NCBI GenBank assembly: GCA_964016885.1
Contig: OZ024743.1
Location: 288,734,001 to 288,798,000 of the forward strand
Origin: Eledone cirrhosa
Taxonomy: Eukaryota
Length of the DNA: 64,000 bases
Reading direction: 5' to 3'
Shown: positions 34,249-49,091 of the stretch, one piece after another
Layout: each line of letters opens with the position of its first letter
How positions within the stretch are numbered: position 1 is the stretch's first letter
Made by a program: the position numbers and the translations under genes
Notes under the pieces: model-generated
Told to the model about the DNA's origin: nothing
The model's input: only the letters and a program-made list of their open reading frames with translations
Database searches by the model: none

Positions 34249-34622
34249 TGGTGGCTGCCAACTCGTTTTTGAGTACGGCCACTACTTTATATCCATGTAG
34301 GAGAACCCCTACCGATGCACTGAACGAGTGTGACTTTTTAGTCCAGCCAGCGACTTGAAAACTCTGGTACAAACACTACACTTGTGACAATTATTGACAC
34401 ATAGTGGTGGGCCCATGGTACCATGTGACGACAAGTGCAGAGAGATCTCCAGATATAGAGCAATGCCTGTGCCGTAAAGCTCTTATAGTGAGCAAAGGCA
34501 ATGCACAAAGCCAGTCCCACTCTCTTAACCAAGATGATATTTACCAAAAAGAAGAACAAGTCTCAACATCATTGGATACCATCAGAGTTGCAGGTGTTAT
34601 ATCAGAGTTTTCCTTCTCCTAG
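34249..34622 (+). mobile_element. Unclassified GC-richer insert in (CATA)n, possibly a decayed non-LTR C-terminus
   Basis: (CATA)n on both sides. Weak WLPTR...ECDF...LETLV similarity to non-LTR zinc-knuckle regions, seen only across frameshifts. Confidence 0.35.
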
Positions 34623-34643
34623 AATACATACATACATACATAT

Positions 34644-34765
<122 letters not shown>

Positions 34766-35074
34766 CAGATTAAAGTTTAAGCAAAGAATCGCTGCTTTCA
34801 CCCTTAACAGGGTCTTCTGAAACTAACAAAGTCAATCTGTGAACGCAGAAGTGAATATTTCAAAAAACGTTGCAACCGGATGAAGACAGGAAGACGATAC
34901 TTTGGTTCGTGGAAACGTTCCCTGGCAAAGAACGGGGAAAACCGAATATAATACGTCATTATTTGGAGCGGTGAAAAACAATTACACAATATATATACAC
35001 ATACATATATATAATGTAGATTTCTGAGTTGTGTAGTGGAGTAAACAGAAACATAAACGAAGTTAGAAACACAG

Positions 35075-35148
<74 letters not shown>

Positions 35149-35226
35149 CCAGGCACACGCACACACATATATATATATAAGGATGTGTGGGACATATCAT
35201 TATTTATTTAAAAAAAAACTCCTTTT

Positions 35227-35314
<88 letters not shown>

Positions 35315-35686
35315 TGTGTGTGTACATGAATGCAGTATGTATATACAATATATAATTGTTTGTGAATTCTCGATTGGTAAAGGGGGGTGACCACAGATAA
35401 GAAAATTCCTCAATATATGAGGAGATTATATAGAAACAAGGGTAAAACAGTTGTAGAAAGAAGGATAAAACAGTTTCATTGACCCACACTTATCACACAA
35501 CTCAACATGTATTCCGAATAAACTTTCAATAACGATTCCGAGCTATTTAAACTGACTTTCATGGTTATTTCATATGAATTAGTTGGAGTCCTGTAGATGC
35601 CATTTCTAAATAGAATATATATGCTCACACAAACATCCAACGACACACACGACCACACATATATATATGCATATATATCTATGTAT

Positions 35687-35764
<78 letters not shown>

Positions 35765-36100
35765 ATATATATACATTTATATATACATTTATATATATAT
35801 ATATATATATATACACATGTATACATATAATATATATATTGTTATATATACGTCTATACGTGATACATATATATATTAATTATCTTATGTTGTTTGTTAC
35901 ATAACTATATATATATATGCAAGTATGTATATATATATATGCATTTAAGTAAGTGCCGTACTAAGAGTGAGAAATGAAATTTCGTTTTCATTTTATTACA
36001 ACTTATATATATATATTTATAACCAATATATATATATGACTGCCAAGACTGGAATTGAACCATCAACACAGTTGAGGTATGTCATACATCAATTTATGTA

Positions 36101-36162
36101 TTTTATCTGATGAGGACGTACTGAAAAAACAGCACAGTACCTCCGAAATATATATAATAAAA
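36101..36162 (+). ncRNA. Type I hammerhead ribozyme motif
   Basis: Stem I TTTTAT/ATAAAA, core CTGATGA, stem II GGA-C-GTACTG/CAGTAC-C-TCC, GAAA, palindromic stem III ATATATAT, triplet AUA. Confidence 0.85.
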
Positions 36163-36360
36163 CATATTTTGATTATGTGAATGTATCCATTTATTAATAT
36201 TTTGAATAATATATATATATAGATTAAACTTTAATCAAAGAATCGCTGCTTTCACCCTTAAGGTTAAGAGTGAAAGCAGCGATTCTTTGCTTAAAGTTTA
36301 ATCTATATATATATATCGTTTCTGAATTTGGCAACATAACCCTCCCAAAGTATAACAATA

Positions 36361-36391
<31 letters not shown>

Positions 36392-36440
36392 TTCTATATA
36401 TATATATATATATGTATATATATACGTATATATATATATA

Positions 36441-36797
36441 TTGGTAAACGGAAAAAAAATGCTGACAAATTGTTCACAGTGAAAAATAGTTTAATTAGGA
36501 ATAAGTGAAAATTAGTAATAGTATTGGTTAGTATTCAGTTTTGGTTTTAAGTTTTACCGGTTGCGCATTTCTAATGCTTTTCCAAAATAATTTTGAGATA
36601 GAGCGCCCGTGATGTTTGGTCAAACATCACGGGCGCTCTATCACAAAATTATTTTTGAAAAGCATTAGAAATGCGCAACCGGTAAAACTTAAAACCAAAA
36701 CTGAATACTAACCAATACTATTACTAATTTTCACTTATTCCTAATTAAACTATTCACTGTGAACAATTTGTCAGCATTTTCTTTTCTGTTTACCAAT
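36441..36797. repeat. Long palindrome (~178-bp arms, ~2-nt spacer) of a pLTR-like family; single copy at 30443-30640
   Basis: Centred on GATGTTTG-GT-CAAACATC at ~36620. Contains the HHR-like TTGAAAA-GCATT..AATGC-GCAA-CCGG-TA. Confidence 0.92.
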
Positions 36798-36831
36798 ATA
36801 TCATAACTCGTGTGTTATACCTCTATTCTTT

Positions 36832-36883
<52 letters not shown>

Positions 36884-36931
36884 GAATGAATAATAACAGG
36901 TAGACATCATAAAAAGGTAATTTATTCCGTG

Positions 36932-37043
36932 TGCTTACAAATGTTTCCACGGTGGTACTATAGCCTAGTTATGCTATGTGCAAATTTACAAGTATTTGCA
37001 GAACTCAAATATCCAATGCTGTGACCACTGTATCCTCAGAGCA
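36932..37043 (-). ncRNA. Type I hammerhead motif with long stem II insert
   Basis: Minus strand: stem I TGCT/AGCA, core CTGAGGA, stem II TACAGTGGT/ACCACCGTG, GAAA, stem III ACA/TGT, triplet GUA. Confidence 0.75.
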
Positions 37044-37045
37044 GA

Positions 37046-37082
<37 letters not shown>

Positions 37083-38271
37083 TTAGTTAGAAAAGAAAGG
37101 GCATATTCAGTTATTGATACGGTGCAACCATCCTGTTACAATAAAACTGAATTGGCAGGTCATTTCTGAATCTCGGTCCTCTATTTTCTTTTTCCTATTC
37201 TCTGTTCTTGTTCGTCGTAATCCTTTTATCTTATGTAATTAATATTCTGCAATTAACACTTGCTATAATCACCTAAGTCTTTCCTCATGATCGAATGATG
37301 AAGCTGGGACATCGAAATATGTATTTTACGGAATTAATATTCTCAGGAAAATTTCCAGTTCGGCCTTCTGTTGTTTTTAATGAATATTTAACTGCGTTTC
37401 CGCACTAACCACGGGATACTACATCTATGATGGATGATTTGCATTATGTCGAGTGCTTTAATTTATCACATCATCGTTTACTAATCGGAATTACCAGTTC
37501 GACAGTGTACTGTTAAATAACCTAACATAAATGGAATACACTCAGACATATATATATATATATGTATATGAATGAATATATATATTTTTATATATGTGTG
37601 TGTGTGTACTATATATATATATATATATAGTAATAATATAAATATATATATATAGGGAGAGAAAGAACGAAAGAGAGAGAGAAAATGAGAGAGATATGTA
37701 CACGTAGATTCACATAGAAAGACAATCATATTGCTAATCATGAGAAAAATGTTAAAATATCAGAAAAAAATGCGGAAGTTTTCATCTCAGACATTCACAT
37801 CCTTAGAGCCACCCACCAAAAGCGTACATTAATATGTGAACACACACATATGTATCCAGACATTATCCAAAAGCATGCACACCTTGCATCAGATACAAAC
37901 TCTCCCCGAAAAACATACAGTTTTTTTATGGCAGAAACATTTAAGATATATACACGTTGGATTCATAAATATGCGGTAGGTACGTCTATGTAACAAAGCT
38001 TGATATGAGTGTGGGGTGTGTTCCTGTATCTGTGTGTATATATTTGCATACATATTCGTATGTATAAGTATATATATGTGTTAGTATACATATATATGTA
38101 CACACATTCACACATATTTATATATAGAAAGAGAGACACACGCGCGCGCACACACACACAAACACACACATGTATATAATATTTTCGGTCTAATTGTCAA
38201 AGCTTCATATTACACATGCGCAATGAGAAAAGAAAAGTTCACATCTTTTCGTCGATTTTTATATATATATA

Positions 38272-38340
<69 letters not shown>

Positions 38341-38380
38341 GAGAGAGAGGGTGGGATAGATAGATAGATAGATAGATATA

Positions 38381-38891
38381 TTTCTTTTATTTGCCACTAG
38401 GGCATCAAAAGTGGGACAAGTACAAAGGGGGGAGTTTACACAAAAAGGCGTCCTCAATAAGGAGGAGGCAATAACAAAATTTAAAAATAAAATAAGATAT
38501 AACAAAAAATAAAATTTTTAACAAAATCCTCAATAGAGAGGAGGCGCCTTGGGGGGTCGCACACACCCCCGAAAAAAGTGTGCAACCCTTCTCCTCAGGA
38601 GCACAGAGAAGGGGTGCTCCCTTGGTCTTTCATCTTCCTCACCTATAGTCTGATGTAGAGTGAAGGCCCATTCACACGGGCCATTCTCGCCACTTTCACC
38701 CATCTTTCATAGAAACGGCTGGGGTGCAGCACCTCTCTCTCCATCCTGATCCTTCTTCCGAAATGATATCGGAAGAAACGGACCAGTTGTTGGCCAGAGA
38801 GAAAGGTGCCCGACCTCAGTCCTTTCAGACGCGTCCACCATACAACCTCTTTCGCCATGGCTATTACGCACAGAAACACCGCCTCTGCTTC
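38381..38891 (-). mobile_element. 5'-truncated L1/Tx1-like retrotransposon inserted in (CTAT)n
   Basis: Encodes EAVFLCVIAMAKEVVWWTRLKG...RWVKVARMARVNGPSLYIRL*. The 3' end is CCCTAGTGGCAAATAAAAGAAA. (GATA)n lies at 38355-38380 and 38892-38929. Confidence 0.75.
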
Positions 38892-38929
<38 letters not shown>

Positions 38930-39449
38930 GGATTTGGTGGTAAATGTTGTATCTATATATATATATATAATTATATATGCATACAAGATTCAAAGTGAAA
39001 TGGAAAGAGAAAGCAATAGGAAGGAAAGGGTAAAGAGAGATGGATGTAGGAAGACAAGTATAGAGACTTTGAGGTCACAAACTTTTAAAACCAGTTTCTG
39101 AATAATATAAGATGTATCTAAATGAGTTAGAATGTTAAAACTCTCATCCTCATCTCATTGTCGGTTTCTTCAACAACACAAAGATTTCAGTCATATACAA
39201 AAAAATATATATAAAGAGAGAGAGAGAGAGAGATAGAGAGAGAGAGAGACAGAGAGAGAGATAGAGATAGAGAGAGAATGAAAGAAAGAGAGAGAGATTT
39301 TATCTCATGCATATACAATACGTCCTGTATTAAGACCGATAACATTGACCCCCCCCTCTAAAAGGCTCAGGAAAACAGACGTCTGTTTATGCATCTCCAA
39401 CTTTTATTTTTTGTTTTTGTTTACATACCAAATTATTGAACTCATCGGA

Positions 39450-40030
39450 ACATGACCTACACCATGCACTGTTAGGTTGTATGAACATTTGTGTTTCGGA
39501 AAGATCCTCCGCTTGGAAAAGCCCGCACAGGGCACTCTGAATATGAGCGAAGTTACACTAAAGTAGATGCAGATTTCAGGTATCTCAGGAACGTTTCCAT
39601 TAGCGATGGAAGGTATAAGGGTGAATTAAATTCAATAATTGCAGGAGCTGGTGTAGTAATTCAACAGCTTCAGCACTCGATCACCAGAAGGAGAGTAGGT
39701 GTAAAAACTCACCATCTTCAATTCGGTGTTCGTATCTACCTTTACCTATGATCATAAATCTTAGGTAAGAAATAATACAATCACGAATAGAAGCTGATGA
39801 AATAGGGTTCCTCCGATGAGTCTTTGGAGTAACATTACTTGATAGGGTGCGTATTCCAGGGATCAAGGAGACCATGAGTAAGGTGGTTGTATAACATCCA
39901 GAAGCTTCGTTGGTCTCTCTTGGGAATCCATCCGGATCACTTGGACACAGTTGTTTCTACTAGGACCTTTTGGAAGGTATTTCCTAGAATTCTGGTCCCA
40001 CAACATTCTTCAGAATAATTGGGCGAAGAA
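39450..40030 (+). pseudogene. Decayed RTE-clade LINE, C-terminal region
   Basis: DFRYLRNVSISDGRYKGELNSIIAGAGVVIQQL, then frameshifted SRIEADEIGFLR*VFGVTLLDRVR, typical of the post-RT region of RTE elements. Confidence 0.75.
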
Positions 40031-40109
40031 AAAGAAGATAGGACAGACAAAATTATTCCCATGTGAAGAAATCTTCCATTGTTTCTTCAAAGCAACACCT
40101 TGATCATGA

Positions 40110-40310
40110 TATTAAATTCAAAATTCCACAAAGACGGGTATTTTAACATAATTGTAAGGGAGATTCAGCATAGGGCATTGTGTAACTAAGTTAGACCTTT
40201 GAATCCTGCATACAACTGGAATGAAGCAATGTGAAATATAGCGAATAACGGAAAGATAAAACACATCACCCTGTCCAGGAATCGAACTCACGACTTTACA
40301 ATCATGCACT
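40110..40310 (-). mobile_element. Second tRNA-derived SINE family, decayed; related copies at ~15505-15735, 47135-47270, 49200-49360, 49892-50190
   Basis: B-box GAGTTCGATTCC. Related copies carry TGTGTTCTTGAGCAAAACACTT or AAGACACTTTATTTCACGTTGCT. Confidence 0.65.
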
Positions 40311-40545
40311 ATATATCTTAACCCCTACTACACTTGTCTTAGGTTGACACATAAACAATATACAAAATATATATGTAAATAGCATACAGTGTGTGTATCT
40401 TTGTGTCTGTGTGTGTGTCTGTGTTTCTTGGTCGTGTGTGCATGTCTGTTACTGAGTGTATATGTTTATAAGCACCACACTCTACACATACACACACACA
40501 AATATACACATACATATATATATACAGTATATACAGTATATATAT

Positions 40546-40608
<63 letters not shown>

Positions 40609-40632
40609 TATATATATACACACACACACATT

Positions 40633-40679
<47 letters not shown>

Positions 40680-41431
40680 ATATATATGTATATATTTGTA
40701 TATATAATTTATATATATATATATATGTGTACGTATCTCACTCTATCCCTCTTTATATGTGTGTGTGTGTGTTTGATGTTACGATATATACAATGAAACT
40801 CCTTTTGTTGATAAATTACACACTCAGTCACTAAAACACACACGCATAGTGCACACGACCGCTCTTACACAAACATGCAGTATTTGCATTCAGCTACACA
40901 TAACTCACACGTGTGCATATGTATGTGTCATTATATATTCCACATTACACGAATACACACATATATATATATATATAAAGAGAGAGAGCGAGAGAGAGAG
41001 AAATGGATATATATTTATATATATACACAGTTATATAGTTAAATAGATAAATATATGTCTCTCTCTCATAGTCTCTCAAACTCCTCTTTCCTCTCTTTGT
41101 TATTATATTTGCCACACCCATTCTTTCCACCACACTTCCTTTTTTATATCTCCTCCCACATTTTCACCAGATTTTAATTTTAATGATCTTCCCTGTATTT
41201 CATTTTCATTCACCACCATCCCCTGAATCACCATCATCAACTACAACCCCATCCATATCCCCAATGCCGCCACCAGCAACAGAACTATAATACAACAGCG
41301 GTACAACTCCCATCCTCCTTCCTTTCAGTTCGTATTCTAATATCTCCACCTTCCCGCTAGCTACTTCATGTATGTAATAATATGTAAGTGTTATCGTGTT
41401 ATGATATCTCCTCCCATTATTTCCAGCATTG

Positions 41432-41610
41432 AATTGGCAGTATTGGTAGAGGGTTGGACATGCTTTCTAGCATAGTTACGTCCCTTTACGATCTGAGTTC
41501 AAATCCTGCCGAGGTTAACTTTGCCTTTCATCCATACGGGGTCGATAAAATAAAGTACCAGTAATGCACTGGGTGATTGCTGGCCTTGTGCCAAAAGTAG
41601 AAACAATTAT
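41432..41610 (+). mobile_element. tRNA-derived SINE with target site duplication
   Basis: Near full length. ATTATTTCCAGCATT occurs on both sides (~41416 and ~41606). Confidence 0.92.
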
Positions 41611-41839
41611 TTCCAGCATTCAGTGGCAATGTTGGCTGAGATAGTACGTATTCACTTATTAAAATAGCTTGCCGTAAAGTTGTCCTGCGTTCGAATCCTG
41701 CAAGCGCTCATGTCTTGAAATGAAATAAAAACCAGCCACTCAATCAAATATCGAAATCGATCTAGTTGTCAATATTTCCTGGAAATCACCTTTGCATATT
41801 TCAGACAACTTTAGATATCAAAATCTCCCCCTACCTCAC

Positions 41840-42460
41840 TATAGTCTCTCCCTCTCTTTCCTCTCTCTCTCCTTCTCTCCATCCTCTCTCTCATTCTCTT
41901 TCCTCTCTCTCTCTCCTTATTTTCACCCTCTCTCTCTCTCTCTTTCCTCTCTCTCCCTCTCTTTCCTCTATCTCTCCTTCTCTTTCCTCTCTCTCTCATT
42001 CTCTTCACTCTCTCTCTCCCTCGATTTCCTCTCTCTCCCTCTCTTTCCTCTATCTCTCCTTCTCTCTACCCTCTCTCTCCCTCTCTTACCTCTCTCTCCC
42101 TCTCTTTCCTCTCTCTCTCTCCTTCTCTCTCTCCTCTCTCTCCCTCTCTTTCCTCTATCTCCCCTTCTCTCTCCCCTCTCTCTCATTCTTTTTATTATCG
42201 CTTTCATTTATTTTTCTTTCTTTCTAACGTTTTTCGATTTTCTTTCTTTCTCTATTTCTTTCTTTCGTCTTTCCTTTCATCATTTCATTCATTTTTTTCT
42301 TTCTCTCTTTAATGTTTATCTCCTTCATTCTTTCTTACGTTCTTTCTTTATTTTGCTCTTTAATCTTTCTTTCATTCCGTTTTTGTCTTGTGTATTTTCG
42401 TTCTTCGATATCTCATTTTATCGTTCTTTCATTTTTCATTTCCTTTTTTTTTCAAATGAA
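41840..42460. repeat. (CT)n/(CTTT)n pyrimidine tract
   Basis: Direct observation. Confidence 0.92.
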
Positions 42461-42491
42461 GAGTGAATGAAAGGGAGCCAGAGAGAGAGAG

Positions 42492-42523
<32 letters not shown>

Positions 42524-43308
42524 AGGGTGAGTGAGAGAAAAAGTAAGTGATATAATGAGAGATTGAGAAAAATATATTTCCCCTTTCTAATTCTATTCCT
42601 ACATACATTCACACATACATATTTACATATATAAGCGCAAATTCACAACTACACACACCGACTTTCACATGAAAAATACACGCACAGAGAGAGAGAGGGA
42701 GAGGGAGAGAGAGAGAGGGAGAGGGAGAAACAGTTTTCCCGTCTGTGTTTCTATCATCAAACTCCATTTACATATATACGTTCACACATACATACTTAGG
42801 CAAGTGCACATATTCACAAACACAAATACATACACACACACATATATATATATATACATACACACATACAGAGAGATAGATAGATAGAGATAGAGATAGA
42901 GAGAGATAGAGAGAAAGAGAGAGAGAGACGATTTTTTTTCATTATCTTATTGCCTCCGTCTATAACATGTACTGTTGCAAACTAGCGAGGGAGCCTACAC
43001 GCATCACTAGACCTGCTAGAGATAGCACCCAAATCTCTCCCTCAAATCATATCTCACAATCGTAAGCAAGAATACATTATCCTAGATATACAACAATGGC
43101 TAGGGATGGGGATGGTCACGGCTAGAGAGCTTTTGATAGGAGGTCTGTTCCACCAGGGCCGACCTGATGGCTAAAAACAGCAATAACGAATCAGCTCTTT
43201 AAATTTTCCCGCCTCTCTTTCTCATTTTCTCTCATCCGCATTCCACCATAATATCTTGTACTGTCTTCTCCCCTTCTATTGTAGATCTCTCTCTCTCTCC
43301 CTCTCTCT

Positions 43309-43386
<78 letters not shown>

Positions 43387-43679
43387 TACACTCACAAACA
43401 CACACTTCATTGTACTACTATCCACTCTCTGTCTCTACGCTGCTACTCTGAATGTTTTCTCTTTCTCTCCTTGTTTACTCTCTTACCAATCACTACTCTA
43501 TATAACAATATCTTCCAATACCACAGAATCTATATTATGCTATAGTTTTTTACTGGTTTCAGTCATTTGACAGAGGTCAAGCTGGGGCTTGAATAGATTT
43601 ACTCGACCCCAGTATTTATTTTACTGATATCGTTTTGTCGAACCTCGAAGTTATGGGATAAACACACACACGCCCCCAC

Positions 43680-43723
<44 letters not shown>

Positions 43724-43727
43724 GTAT

Positions 43728-43791
43728 ACTGTACTGATGAAGGGTAGTGACCCAGAAACATTAATAACCCAGAAACATTAGTGTCTGCAGT
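43728..43791 (+). ncRNA. Type I hammerhead motif with internal tandem duplication
   Basis: Stem I ACTGTA/TGCAGT, core CTGATGA, stem II GGGT/ACCC, GAAA, stem III ACAT/GTGT, triplet GUC. ACCCAGAAACATTA is duplicated. Confidence 0.75.
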
Positions 43792-44269
43792 TCTGTTTAC
43801 ATGCCAACACAAGAGCAAGAATGTCGGGGGTCATTCTACTGACATGGCTTTAAAGAGGCTATTTGCATAATTGCAATCGAATCGAATATTATTAATATTG
43901 GAAAAACGTAGATTACATTTATACACACACACACACACATATATATATTTCTTACATTTCTCATTCTGAGCTATTGTAAAAAAAATCACAATGAAAGAAA
44001 GAATGAATTATATATATAAAAATATAAAACGGTGTACCGTGGGTGTAGATATCTTAATTTGGCGATTGGGTTAAAGTCTAATACCTGCTATTTGTTTCCA
44101 TATAAAAATATATATGCTTTAGGTAATACATATTCACACAATGAATGGGTGTTTTTAATTCTATTGTCTCCCAGGAAAAGAAAAAGGTATCAGTCAAACA
44201 AGAGGTAAAAAAGGAAATAACAAACAAACAAGAGAACTGAAAATATAACTATAAAACACAAAGTTCGAC

Positions 44270-44552
44270 CATAGAGTTATGGCCCTTTATGTTCTGAGTT
44301 CAAATCCCGCCGAGATTAGTTTTGCCTTTCATCCTTACGGAGTCGATAAAATAAAGTTCCAATCACATCTTGGGATTGATTTAATCGACTTCCCCTCACT
44401 CAAAATTGCTACCCTTGTGCCTAAAATCAGAAACCATTATTTCAGATCCCGCCGAGGTCGACTTTGCCTTTCTTCCTTACGGGGTCGATAAAATAAAGTA
44501 CCAGTAATGCACTGGGCAATTGCTGGCCTTGTGCCTAAAATCAGAAACCATT
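44270..44552 (+). mobile_element. Two tandem partial SINE copies
   Basis: Family core occurs twice, each copy ending CCTTGTGCCTAAAATCAGAAACCATTAT. Confidence 0.88.
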
Positions 44553-45999
44553 ATATGATTGGAACATGTAACTAACATAAATGAAGACTGGCAGGATAAT
44601 TCGCGTTATTACCGACCTACAACAGTCACAACACATGTATTGATTGATATGTGGGGAGAGTATTTTAAAGCTAAAAGACTGTTGTTGTGGAACCCCTATC
44701 GATCAACGGAAAAGGGAAACACTGTGTGTGACAAATTTGATCCTTTGAATTACCAGAATTTAACTCACGACATTACTTGCAATCGGGACTCAAACACCTA
44801 AGCTAGGCGCCTTTACAAGTATTATCAAGAACTGTATTAAAATATCACTCCCACTACGTCTCACTCTCTTGCAACACATACCTCTACAATTTGGGAGATA
44901 TTACAAGCAACAGAAGTGACAATACTTTTGATAAGACTGTATCTCCCATTGCAATTGGCACTGGGATGTCACCGCTAGAAGCGAGCACTTGTAATCAGAA
45001 CTAGACCCTGGCTTCGTCGCTTGACAAGTAAAAAAACCGCAGACTGACACAGAAACAGAGGCTCCTTGATAGGTTTCATTTCAAAACTATTGTGGTGAAG
45101 CCCCACTATCCTGGGCCTTTATACCAGCTTCCGACTCTGTATGATCGAAATTGAGATAGTCATCGGTATAACACGAACCACGTATATAGTGATGGAAATA
45201 ATTTTTAGTAATTATAGGTACTCTAAAGACCTTGAGGCTAACGAAAGAAAGGGGTGGGATATCCGCTATTAATCGCACAATGTGAGAAAGTGAAAAGTAT
45301 TGGAACGTTGTTCCCACATGTAACCCCCCCCCCCATTTCCATTAAAGATAGCCTCTTTCGTGGTAACACATTCACCATTTTGTGCTTTGAGACTATGAAA
45401 GATTTGCCATGATACGCTGAGATCATTTTATTTGTTGTATTACAGAAATAAAAATGTATCTATTCTTATCATAAGTAAAACTTGTAACTACATATTGTGT
45501 TCTCTTTCTACATATTTTTATAAATGTTTTTGTTCTTCATTGCAGCGAGAATTTTAGAGCCGGTGGTTCTTTAGAAGACCTCCATGACAGGTAAGCGGGT
45601 GGGGGGGGGGGGGGTGTAAGAAAGATATTCTAAAGAGGGAGATCCTGATCCAATGCTTGGCAGAGAGTGGACACTAAAAGTTCCAAAGTAAATGTAGTGG
45701 TGTTAAATCGGATGACGGATTAAATATATCTCTAAGTAAGCTAAAACGAGATTTAAACTGAGAATGGAAAGCACCGGAACAAATACTGTTAGTTATCTCG
45801 TCGAAACTTCAAATATCGCGCCAATCCATCGCCTTGAACTACTATTTTATTTTAGTCACCCCAAAGTGAGGGAACGCAAATTTAATTTCAACGCGATATC
45901 CAAGTCTTTCTCCGTCTTACATATCCAATCCCACTCCCAGTCGGCTGATATCAGGGCCTTCTAAACCTCTGGTAGTGATATAGCCTTGATTACATCCAG

Positions 46000-46920
46000 T
46001 GATAACGTGAGATCTTTCCAGGGAGGAGCAGTGGTAGAGTAGATGACTTTTGACGCAGCCACCTTAGAGACATAACTTCGTCAGATTCAGCACAAACGTG
46101 AGTACGTCTTCTCCAGTCAATTATTGCTCTAACAATCAATCTTCTCCGTGTCGACCTCCCACGTCATGTCCAAGAACTTATATTCTCAGCCAAACTGATT
46201 GCGTTGAAAAGAATGATGGATGCATTGCACTTGATCCACGGACTTGAAATCAACCCGTCCAAGACCGAATTTGTAAATATGAGCTACGACGAGGCTGAAT
46301 TTCATAACGCCGTACTCAGCATCAACTCCTGGGCCTCGACTGAAGCTGAAAGAGTGGTCTACATTCTCGGTTCTCCAATCTACCTGAAAGCCATTCGAGA
46401 TTACCTGGAGACTAAACATCCAGACCTGTTGAGGACGGCAGAGAGATTGTGCTTTATTGATACGCACTCGGCGCTCTTCTTCTTGAAGAACTGCTTCGCC
46501 CTCCCAAACTCCTCTTCCCTCTGCATAGGGCACCATGTCACCCCCTCGCAGATCGCCTCATTGAGCTTGATGCCACCATCCAGCGCTGTGTTGAACTCGT
46601 CTGCAATATTAGTTTTGACAATGTCGGCTGGCAACTAGAGTCAGCTCGGGCTGATTGGACTGACTAAGGTCACACCGTCCCCCAATATACCGATGTCCAA
46701 CGTAATTAGACGACATCAAGTTAATGTCTACCTTCAGCCAGATTGAATCTTCCTTAGATCAATCCTTGCACTCCTGATTTCCTTAAAACAATCCGAAACA
46801 CAGCAGCCTGCCCGAGTAAGGGTAGATGCTGTTACAGCGGATGTCACCCGCCATTCTCTGCGGCAACATCTTTGCCATTTTGTCCGCGGAGCACAGGTAA
46901 CACACTACTTAGTTTGCAGT
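46000..46920 (+). pseudogene. Decayed CRE-clade non-LTR reverse transcriptase region
   Basis: GLEINPSKTE..YILGSPI..ERLCFIDTHSALFFLKNCFALP resembles the C-terminal RT region of CRE elements. Confidence 0.65.
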
Positions 46921-47422
46921 GGAGAATCTATCGCACCCTCTCTCTTTGTTTCGTGGCTTAATTCCTTGTTTTCTTATTCGTTTTATTCTTTCCCTTTCCT
47001 TTGTTTCCCTATTGGTATGTATACTGAACAGTTTTCATAATATTTTCTGTATTCTTTTTGTTGTATTATTGAACATAATCTCTTTGTTACTGTATAACAT
47101 TTTCTCCTTTTATGTGCAATTTGTTCTATACGCCAACGGCGCGGGGTTAGGGTATTGGACTTACGATCATAATGTCCTAGGTTCGATACTTGGACTGGGA
47201 TGTGTGCTGTGTTCTTGAGCAAAACACTTAATTTCGCATTGCTCCAATGTACCTCTAAAAATGATTACTGGTGTCCAGATGGCGTTGGGGGTCTTGTATT
47301 TTCAGTCATCAGTACCACCACCACCACCACCACCACACTAGTACCACACCTGCCACTGCCACTACTCTATAATACATCTCTTTCACTAGCAACACCACCA
47401 CCAGCACTAACACTTTGCATTG

Positions 47423-47605
47423 TGGATTGGCAGTATCGGTAGAGTCGGACGCCATGCTTTCCAGCATAGTTACGTCCCTTTACGGTCTGAGTTCAAATCC
47501 GGCCGAGGTTTACTTTGCCTTTCATCCTTACTGGGTCGATAAAATAAAGTACCAGTAATGCACTGGATAATTGCTGGCCTTGTGCCTAAAGTAGAAACAA
47601 TTATT
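47423..47605 (+). mobile_element. tRNA-derived SINE, near full length
   Basis: TGGATTGGCAGTATCGGTAGAG...GAGTTCAAATCC...GTAGAAACAATTATT. Confidence 0.92.
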
Positions 47606-48607
47606 ACACGATATATATCACCACCGCCACTATTTCTCCTGTATTACATCTCCTACTACCGCTACTTCCTATGTATAACATTTCCCACGACCAGTTCTTC
47701 CTATGTATTACAGCATTTCCCACCACTATCGCCAACACAAAACATCACCACCGCCGTATTACAGCATTTCACACCACTATCGCCAACACCAACATCACCA
47801 CCGCCACCACTTCTCCTGTATTACAATATTTCCCACCACAGCTCCATGGTCTGTGAATTCCTGCTAGAGTAGTTAACGTGCCTCCATGATACTCGGCATG
47901 TCTTGGACATTTGAAACAAGGCAGACCCCATCACTCTGCAGGTCAGAATACAGTCGAATTCTCCCAGAGAAAGAGAGAGAAAACGATGAAAAACGAAAAT
48001 CCCACCTCAACAGGATTTGAACTAAGAGTGCGGAGAGCTGAAACGTATATTGTGAAGCATTCTATCCAACGTACCGCCTCTCGTCTTACTACTGCTGCAT
48101 TACAGCCGTGTTACATCTCCCACTACCACCTTGTCTATATTATATATATCCTACCACCACATTGTCTATATTCCATCTGTTACCACTACTAAAATATCAA
48201 CCCCCTACTACTTCCACAGTTATTCATTTATCACCCAGCACTCCCACATTAAACACCCTCTCCTTCGTTCTACATTCTATTGCTCTCTCCTACTACGACC
48301 CTTTTAGTATTTCATCGCTCTCTATGTATCTGAAACCACTCCTCATACTTTATTCAAACTGCATCTTTAATATAAACTCCTCCCACTTTAATCATTTCGC
48401 CGTCTCTCTGGTTACATTCATTTCAATAAATAAATTCATCCAATAAATATATTCTCCAGTTCCCTATTATTAGATTATTAGTTTTTACCTTCTTCCCTCT
48501 TTCAACTTCTCACTAGGTCTCTCACTCCCTCTCTTATTCCCTATTGCAGAGCTATCCGTTGAGCCAGACAGTCTGTCTATCTATCGATCTAGCTAGCTAT
48601 CTGCCCA

Positions 48608-48706
<99 letters not shown>

Positions 48707-48750
48707 CCTCTATCTATCTCTCCCGCTCTTCTATATATATATATATATGC

Positions 48751-48860
<110 letters not shown>

Positions 48861-48900
48861 TATCTATCTATCTACCCACCTATCTATCTATCTATCTATC

Positions 48901-49031
48901 TTCCCCCCTATTGGGGATTTCGATTGTTATAATTGTTTGTTTCAATATTTTTACACGATTGTATGTAAAATCCCCGACATGTCTCTTTGTATTGTCCCCT
49001 TTTCTTGTGCGCCCTTGTGGCAAATAAAGAA

Positions 49032-49032
<1 letters not shown>
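48901..49032 (+). mobile_element. Short 3'-end copy of the L1/Tx1-like family in (CTAT)n
   Basis: CTTTGTATTGTCCCC...GCCCTTGTGGCAAATAAAGAAA with (CTAT)n on both sides. Confidence 0.75.

Positions 49033-49091
<59 letters not shown>

Noticed and set aside
37280-37335. CTCATGA...GAAATATGTA
   Set aside because: The core is altered and stems are unconvincing.
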